Below, in pieces: positions 58,146 through 64,000 of a DNA stretch of 64,000 nucleotides (its first letter is position 1; every line of letters begins with the position of its first letter). Source of the stretch: an uncultured delta proteobacterium (GTDB lineage: Bacteria > Desulfobacterota > Binatia > UBA9968); the NCBI GenBank assembly GCA_963816145.1, contig CAWFJP010000018.1, positions 1 to 64,000 on the forward strand, given 5' to 3'. Position numbers and translations under genes: made by a program. The notes under the pieces are model-generated. The model made no database searches. It worked only from the letters and a program-made list of their open reading frames with translations, and was not told where the DNA came from.

Positions 58146-59552
58146 ATGAGCAACGAATCCTTTCGTATAGAGCAGGACAGCCTCGGCGAAGTCCGTGTGC
58201 CAACGAATGCGCTGTACATGGCGCAGACACAGAGGGCCGTCGAAAATTTTCCGATTAGCGGGCTGCGCTTCAGCCGCACATTTATTCGCGCACTCGGGGT
58301 CATTAAATCGGCTGCGGCGGCAGTGAACCGAGAGTTGGGATTGCTCGACGCGGCGATGGCATCAGCGATTGAAACGGCAGCGGCAGAAGTTGCCGAAGGG
58401 CAGCATGACGCGCAATTCCCCGTCGACATTTTTCAAACCGGCTCGGGCACTTCGACAAACATGAACGCCAATGAAGTCATCGCCAGTCGTGCTCGACAGA
58501 TCGCTGACGGTCGAATTGTTCATGCCAATGACCATGTAAACATGTGCCAGTCGTCGAACGATGTGTTTCCTTCGGCGATCCACATCGCGGCCGTGATGGA
58601 ATTGCAGGAGCGGTTGCTGCCGGCACTCCGGGAGTTACACGGCGAGCTATTGCGCAAAGCACGGGATCATGACGACGTCATCAAGACTGGCCGGACCCAC
58701 TTGATGGACGCGATGCCGGTTCGATTGAGCCAACAAATCGGCGGTTGGGCGACACAGATCCGCCAGGCCACGGATCGCCTGGCCGCTACGCTGCCACGTC
58801 TAAGCGAACTTGCGCTCGGCGGCACAGCGGTCGGCACCGGCATCAACGCCCACCCTGAGTTTGGCGAGCGAGTGGCCGGTCGAATCTCGCTCATAACGGG
58901 ATTTGCGTTCGTTGAAAGCGCAAATCACTTCGCAGCGCAATCCACGCAAGACAGCGTCGTCGAGCTGAGCGGTCAGTTGAAAACCTTGGCGGTCGCGTTA
59001 ATGAAAATTGCCAATGATCTGCGTTGGATGAACTCCGGACCGCAGGCAGGGCTCGGGGAAATTGTTCTGCCAGCGTTGCAGCCGGGTAGCTCAATCATGC
59101 CGGGCAAGATCAACCCGGTAATCCCTGAGTCGGTCATGATGGTTGCGGCTCAGGTCATCGGCAACGACGCGACCATCGCCGTGGCGGCGAGCCACGGCAA
59201 TTTTGAACTGCTAACGATGTTGCCTGTGATAGCGCATAACCTGCTGCAAAGCCTCCAAATCCTGGCCAACGCCAGCCGCCTATTGGCCGATAAAGCAGTA
59301 GCTGGGTTGACTGTGAATCGATCCGCAATCGCCGCACGGCTCGAAATGAATCCGATCCTGGTGACTGCGCTGAACCCCATCATCGGCTATGATCGAGCCG
59401 CACTCATCGCCAAACAAGCCTACGCCCAAGGACGACGGATAAGAGATGTAGCGGCGGAGACTACAACGCTCTCAGGGCAAGAACTCGACCGGTTACTGGA
59501 CCCGGGCGAGCTGACGCGGGGTGGCATCAAAGGTGGGTTAACTAGCGGGTGA
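58146..59552 (+). CDS. fumC: Class II fumarate hydratase
   Basis: QTGSGTSTNMNANE, GRTHLMDA, GGTAVGTG and GSSIMPGKINP motifs. Confidence 0.93.
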   Translation: MSNESFRIEQDSLGEVRVPTNALYMAQTQRAVENFPISGLRFSRTFIRALGVIKSAAAAVNRELGLLDAAMASAIETAAAEVAEGQHDAQFPVDIFQTGSGTSTNMNANEVIASRARQIADGRIVHANDHVNMCQSSNDVFPSAIHIAAVMELQERLLPALRELHGELLRKARDHDDVIKTGRTHLMDAMPVRLSQQIGGWATQIRQATDRLAATLPRLSELALGGTAVGTGINAHPEFGERVAGRISLITGFAFVESANHFAAQSTQDSVVELSGQLKTLAVALMKIANDLRWMNSGPQAGLGEIVLPALQPGSSIMPGKINPVIPESVMMVAAQVIGNDATIAVAASHGNFELLTMLPVIAHNLLQSLQILANASRLLADKAVAGLTVNRSAIAARLEMNPILVTALNPIIGYDRAALIAKQAYAQGRRIRDVAAETTTLSGQELDRLLDPGELTRGGIKGGLTSG

Positions 59553-59603
59553 CGTAAGTTCGCTGCTTGTAGCGCATATGTCCTGCGAAGCGCTGCGAAG
59601 CAC

Positions 59604-59777
59604 GGGTCGGACCATGCATGTCTCGGGAATCTCGTTCAATTCCCCCCACGCAATGGTGTTTCCCGAGCTTAGAGCTGCTTATTCGAGCGCGTTTTCTGCC
59701 CCGTAATCGTTGCTCCGTTCCCGCAGTACCTGTCTGGCACATCACGCACCGTTGCGATCAGAAAGGACAGATTCGGG
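59604..59777. mobile_element. Scrambled remnant of the same RAYT-like element
   Basis: The minus strand reads VLRERSNDYGAENALE*AALSSGNTIAWGE and ends GAGACATGCATGGTCCGACCC, matching 57708-57728. It abuts a plus-strand fragment VWHITHRCDQK (59732-59764). Confidence 0.6.
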
Positions 59778-59781
59778 GGAA

Positions 59782-60018
59782 GACGTGGCGCAGCATGCTT
59801 ACGATGCGCCTTCCTAGATGAGCGAAGCCACCGGCTGATTTATTGCTCCGAAATTTTGGCCAGTTTGGTGAGATCGGTTTGAGATCGAGCCGCATTTTCG
59901 CGCAGCGCGCGTTTTCTAGGCCCATGTCCCAGGCTTGGCCGGTGATTTTGTAACCCGCAGCAAAGGCAGCTCCCTTTAACTGTTGATCGAGGTAACAGTC
60001 GAAATTGGATTTTGTCAT
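59782..60018 (-). pseudogene. Degraded XRE-family HTH (HigA-like antitoxin)
   Basis: MTKSNFDCYLDQQLK..AWD, then a frameshift to ALRENAARSQTDLTKLAKISEQ*ISR, then SMLRHV. Stop at 59840-59842. Confidence 0.7.
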
Positions 60019-60176
60019 GGTTCAGCTCATTTGCGCCAGTGATCCAGTTCCGGACTTGCCTGGATACCCTCTGGAACGACGGACTCGAGAATGGAAATTA
60101 GGAGGACGGTGCCGGGCTCAGACATGAAGACCTTACGCAGTTGTTGATTTTGATGACCGCCAAAATGGTCGTCGAA

Positions 60177-61199
60177 TTATTTGAGAATATCTTTCAGCTT
60201 CGCCACCAAGCTGGGCTCCAGCTGCAAGACGCCCTGCACGCTTTTGGCCAGCTCTTCGCCGTTGACCGGGTTGATCTCGATGTTGCCCTTTTTCGCTTCG
60301 GCGACGAAATCGGCATCGCTGAGAGTGTCCATGAAAGCTTTACGGAGAATCTGCACGCGCTCTTGCGGCGTGTTCGGTGGCAAGACAAACGGCCGCACCG
60401 AGGCGCCGTGGACTTGGGCGACGGCTTGGAAGATCTTCCGCCCCTCGTCGGTTTTGATCAGGTCGCCGGGGAGCGGATATTTGGTCAGCTCCGGATGGGA
60501 CTTGGTTGCCAACTGGACGAGGATGTTGAGCATGCCGCTATCGAGTTCGTTGCGCCAAGTGGACCGGGTCGACTGCCAGGAGTTGGTGATGCCGAGGATC
60601 TCGCCGTTGTTGAAGGCCAAGCGGATGTCGGCGGTGCCTTTGTAGCCGGCGACGAGTTGGATCGGCAGACCCATGACGTCGCGCGCTACCGCGGTCAGAT
60701 CGTCGGTGCCGGCGCCGAAACCCGCGCCGCCGAACTTCACCATCGTCTTCGCTGCAATCCACTGCTGCAAGCTGGTGAAGCCGGTGTTCTTATGCAAGCC
60801 CATGATAAAGTTGTCCTGCGCCGGCGCGCCGATATATTCGAACTTGCGGGCGTCGAATTCGATGCCCGGCTTGCCGAGGATCTGCTGCAAGAACAAGCCG
60901 CCGATAAAATGACCGATGGTCAGACCGTCAGGCTTGGCGACGCGAAAAATATGATTCGCCGAGATCATGCTTCCGGCGCCGCTCATATTGTCGACAACCA
61001 CGGTCGGATTACCGGCGACATACTTGCCCATATGGCGGGCGATCAATCGGGCATAGGTATCGTAGCCGCCGCCCGGCGGGAAGCCGACGATGACACGGAC
61101 AATCTTGCCGCGATAAAACTGATCCTGCGCCGACGCCGGCGCGCCCTTAATCAATAATCCGGCAAATACCAAACCGATGACAAATAGTTTCCTGATCAC
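60177..61199 (-). CDS. Bug/TctC family tripartite tricarboxylate transporter substrate-binding protein
   Basis: Signal peptide; GFPPGGGYD, NMSGAG, KPDGLTIG and GYKG motifs. Confidence 0.92.
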   Translation of the reverse strand: MIRKLFVIGLVFAGLLIKGAPASAQDQFYRGKIVRVIVGFPPGGGYDTYARLIARHMGKYVAGNPTVVVDNMSGAGSMISANHIFRVAKPDGLTIGHFIGGLFLQQILGKPGIEFDARKFEYIGAPAQDNFIMGLHKNTGFTSLQQWIAAKTMVKFGGAGFGAGTDDLTAVARDVMGLPIQLVAGYKGTADIRLAFNNGEILGITNSWQSTRSTWRNELDSGMLNILVQLATKSHPELTKYPLPGDLIKTDEGRKIFQAVAQVHGASVRPFVLPPNTPQERVQILRKAFMDTLSDADFVAEAKKGNIEINPVNGEELAKSVQGVLQLEPSLVAKLKDILK

Positions 61200-61228
61200 C
61201 GCTTCGCTCTCCTGCTCCGTTCCGACCC

Positions 61229-61252
61229 GTGAACTTTTGAACCTTGAACGGT
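61229..61252. repeat. Short TTGAAC tandem repeats (single arm)
   Basis: gtgaac-ttttgaac-cttgaac; same unit as 9416-9503. Confidence 0.5.
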
Positions 61253-61262
61253 CGTGCCGTTT

Positions 61263-62294
61263 CTACGGCACGAGTATCTGCTTCATCCGCGCCGCGAACG
61301 CCGGCTCGATCTTATAGAGCCCCTGAACAATGTCCGTCAGCTCCTCGCCGGATACATACTCGATGACGAAGTTGGCCTTCTTCGCTTCGGCCAATAGCTC
61401 GCCGTCCTTGAGCACTTCGGCAAACGCCCTGCGCAAGAGATCCACGCGTCCCTTCGGAGTTCCGGGCGCGAGAAAATAGGGCCGCGCCGAGTAGGCCAGA
61501 TCATAGGCGCCATGCTTGATCAGATTCTTCGCTTCATCGGTCTTGGCGTAATCCATCGCTGAGGCCACGTTGGCCAGCTCGGGATGCTTTTTCGGCATGA
61601 CTTGAATGATCGGATTGACCTCGCCCGACTCGATCGCCTTGCGCCAGGTGGTCTTATAGGAGTCCCACGAAAGACAACTGCCGGCCAGCTCGCCGCTCTC
61701 GGTCGCCAGTCGAATATCCGAAGTGCCTTTGTATCCGTCGATGACGCGGATCGGCAATCCCAACGCCGCCTGCAACACCCGCGGCAAGTCCGACGCGAAA
61801 CCGCCGGGGCCGACGCCGCCGAAGCGCACCGGCTCCTTGGCGCCGAACCAGCGATCCATCGAGGTCACGCCGCTGGCTTTGGCAATGGCACAAACTAAAT
61901 GATCTACCGCCGGCGCGCCGAGATACTCGAACTTGCGGCCGTCGAATTCGATGCCCTTGGCGCCCATCACCTGCTGCAGGAACAAACCGCCGGAGTTGTT
62001 GCCGATGGTCAGCCCGTCGGGTTTGGCCTGCTTGAACATGTAGTTGGCGTGAATGATTCCCCCGGCGCCGGTCATATTGTCGACAACCACGCTGGGGTTG
62101 CCGGGAATATACTTGCCGAGATGGCGCGCGATCGTTCGGGAATAAGTGTCGTAACCGCCGCCGGCAGAGAAAGCGACGATCAGCCGAATCGTCTTGCCCT
62201 GGTAAAAACCATCGTCACTGGTCGCGGCCTCGACCGAATCGAAAAACACTCGCGAGAAAACCAGCAGCACAAACGCCAATCGTACGATTAACAT
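61263..62294 (-). CDS. Bug/TctC family substrate-binding protein
   Basis: Signal peptide; FSAGGGYD, NMTGAGG, KPDGLTIG and GYKG motifs; tandem paralogue of 60177-61199. Confidence 0.92.
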   Translation of the reverse strand: MLIVRLAFVLLVFSRVFFDSVEAATSDDGFYQGKTIRLIVAFSAGGGYDTYSRTIARHLGKYIPGNPSVVVDNMTGAGGIIHANYMFKQAKPDGLTIGNNSGGLFLQQVMGAKGIEFDGRKFEYLGAPAVDHLVCAIAKASGVTSMDRWFGAKEPVRFGGVGPGGFASDLPRVLQAALGLPIRVIDGYKGTSDIRLATESGELAGSCLSWDSYKTTWRKAIESGEVNPIIQVMPKKHPELANVASAMDYAKTDEAKNLIKHGAYDLAYSARPYFLAPGTPKGRVDLLRRAFAEVLKDGELLAEAKKANFVIEYVSGEELTDIVQGLYKIEPAFAARMKQILVP

Positions 62295-62335
62295 GGGCTC
62301 CCCCTGACTCCCTCAGTCCACTACGCCAACCGATT

Positions 62336-62683
62336 TCATGCGAATTTACGATAAATCGCATCCGTTTTTGCCGCCATGATGAAATCGTTCTTGTGTAGAT
62401 TCTTGATCTTGTGCGTCCACCACGTGACGGCGACTCTGCCCCACTCGGTGGTGAGACGCGGGTGATGCCCTTCCTCTTCGGCGGCGGCGCCGACGGCATC
62501 GGTAAAGGCGATGGCGTCTTTGAAGTTCTTGAATTTGTAGACGCGATCGAGCTTGGGAATATGGTCTTCGTTGATGATCTGCCAGTCGGGCACCTGGGGA
62601 TGCAGCTCTCTGACTTCAACCTCGGTCACCGACGGCGCACCGACCCGGCAAGCGACGCATTTTTGTTCAGTCAGCTCTTCCAT
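62336..62683 (-). CDS. Pterin-4-alpha-carbinolamine dehydratase
   Basis: CVAC, EGHHP, WTH and NDFIMAAK motifs. Confidence 0.93.
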   Translation of the reverse strand: MEELTEQKCVACRVGAPSVTEVEVRELHPQVPDWQIINEDHIPKLDRVYKFKNFKDAIAFTDAVGAAAEEEGHHPRLTTEWGRVAVTWWTHKIKNLHKNDFIMAAKTDAIYRKFA

Positions 62684-62713
62684 GTTAAACTCCTTTTAAA
62701 TTATCCAAATTTA

Positions 62714-62845
62714 TCCCGCCAAGCCGTAAAGGTGACGGGCGATGCCTGTCATCCCGAGCGCTCGCGAGGGATCTAAGAAAGATTTCTCCCTGTGGTCGAA
62801 ATGACAACGATTTCGAACTTGGCGTCTTGGCGCCTTTGCGGGAGA
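62714..62845. repeat. Nested palindromic repeats: a REP-like hairpin inside a CGCCAAG/CTTGGCG inverted pair
   Basis: Inner element TGTCATCCCGAGCG..GATCT..AGATTTCTC..CGAAATGACA (62747-62806). Outer arms TCCCGCCAAG.. and CTTGGCGTCTTGGCGCCTTTGCGGGA. Confidence 0.7.
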
Positions 62846-62883
62846 TATTCCGAGATTCCCCTGCGGGTTAAGTCCTCCGTCCT

Positions 62884-63948
62884 TTATAACCCAATCACAG
62901 CTTCGGCATCACATCCGGCGGCGAAGCGCTGCATCGAGTCTTTGACGTCGGCGTGGGGCATGGTGCCGATGTTGAACCAACAAAGCAGCTGCGTCGCGCC
63001 GGTGCGGGCGCACAGCGCTTTAAGTTTATTCACGGCAAACGGTGCATCGCCGATCACCGCGTGCTTTTCGCAGACGGTTTCGTAGCCGACCATCGCGCCC
63101 GCCGCGGTGCGCAGGCGCGCCGGCAGTTCGACGCCGCGGCGATTGAGCCAACCGGTGTAGTCGAGGCGCAAGTCAAGAATAGTCTTGAAATAACTCATCA
63201 CGCCGGCTTCAGCGCGTGCCTTGGCCGCTGCGCTGGTCGCGGCGATATGCATCGGCACCAGCAGTCCTAACGCCGGGCTCTGCCTGTCATGGCCATGCTT
63301 TTTCAATCCCGCCCAGTAGGCATCGGCGAATTCGTAGACCTGATCGGGCATGCGCGTGTGGATCGGCAAGAAAATATTCACGCCCAAACGCGCGCCGACT
63401 TCGACGCCGTCGAGCGAGCTCGTAGCCATCCAGAACGGCGGCAGCGGCTTTTGCACCGGTTTGGGATTGACGATCACCTCGGGGATTTGGAAGAACTTGC
63501 CGTTGTGTACCAACTTCTCATCGGTCCAACCCTTGCGGATGACCTCCATCGCCTCGGCCATCACTTCGTGGGTCGCCTTGTGATCGACGCCAAAGCATTC
63601 GTAGGCCCGGCTATGTGGATGGCCGCCGCCGCAGGCAAACTCCATGCGCCCGCCGCTGACCAGGTCCAACATCGCCGCCTGCTCGGCCAGCTGCACCGGA
63701 TGATGCACCGGCAAGGTGTTAACGGCGACCCCCAGACGTAATTTTTTTGTCCGTTGCGCCGCCGCGCCGAGGACGACATAGGGCGCCGACAGCAAGGAAA
63801 ACTTGGGCTGGCAATGGATTTCGGCGACCCAATAGGTGTCGTAGCCCAAACGGTCCGCCAGCTCGGCCTGATCCATGAACTCCGCTAAGCGCTCCACCGG
63901 CGACGACCCTTCGGGACACTGGATTTCGGTGAATAGACTGCATTTCAC
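62884..63948 (-). CDS. LLM class flavin-dependent oxidoreductase
   Basis: WVAEIH, HPVQLAEQAAMLDLVSGGR and PKPVQKP motifs. The C-terminus is probably frameshifted. Confidence 0.9.
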   Translation of the reverse strand: MKCSLFTEIQCPEGSSPVERLAEFMDQAELADRLGYDTYWVAEIHCQPKFSLLSAPYVVLGAAAQRTKKLRLGVAVNTLPVHHPVQLAEQAAMLDLVSGGRMEFACGGGHPHSRAYECFGVDHKATHEVMAEAMEVIRKGWTDEKLVHNGKFFQIPEVIVNPKPVQKPLPPFWMATSSLDGVEVGARLGVNIFLPIHTRMPDQVYEFADAYWAGLKKHGHDRQSPALGLLVPMHIAATSAAAKARAEAGVMSYFKTILDLRLDYTGWLNRRGVELPARLRTAAGAMVGYETVCEKHAVIGDAPFAVNKLKALCARTGATQLLCWFNIGTMPHADVKDSMQRFAAGCDAEAVIGL

Positions 63949-64000
63949 GATAAAATTATTCCTCTCTCGATGACGATAGCCGGCAGTGGTCGCGGATTCG

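Noticed and set aside
60141-61157. 338 aa plus-strand ORF
   Set aside because: Antisense shadow of the Bug gene.

Overview
GC-rich diderm bacterial chromosome segment. The gene mix (Bug/TctC paralogues, orphan UbiD, LLM monooxygenase, LpxI, split HldE) suggests a deltaproteobacteria-like lineage such as Candidatus Binatia; this is inference only. Most of the window is housekeeping. From left to right: pheA-hisC-tyrA; RluA; an O-methyltransferase; an SDR; a COG0523/CobW GTPase with an extra Cys-rich C-terminal domain; an M20 peptidase; mutL-miaA; UbiD; rfaE2-rpmB; a ~35 kb minus-strand envelope superoperon (metF-lysS-lolCE-lolD-bamA-skp-lpxD-fabZ-lpxA-lpxI-gnnA-lpxB-msbA-waaA-lpxK-gmhB, heptosyltransferases, three LPS kinases, glycosyltransferases, rfaE1-yicC-gmk-spoT); and an Rrf2-led suf operon that lacks sufB but has two SufT proteins and an atypical truncated globin. 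The region 56.0-60.1 kb is a decayed accessory patch: a xanthine dehydrogenase fragment, a TPR lipoprotein, fumC flanked by remnants of a Y1/HUH (RAYT-like) transposase with shared GGTCCGACCC ends, and an XRE antitoxin relic. I recognised no rRNA, tRNA or CRISPR array. All family calls come from motif recognition by eye; no searches were run.
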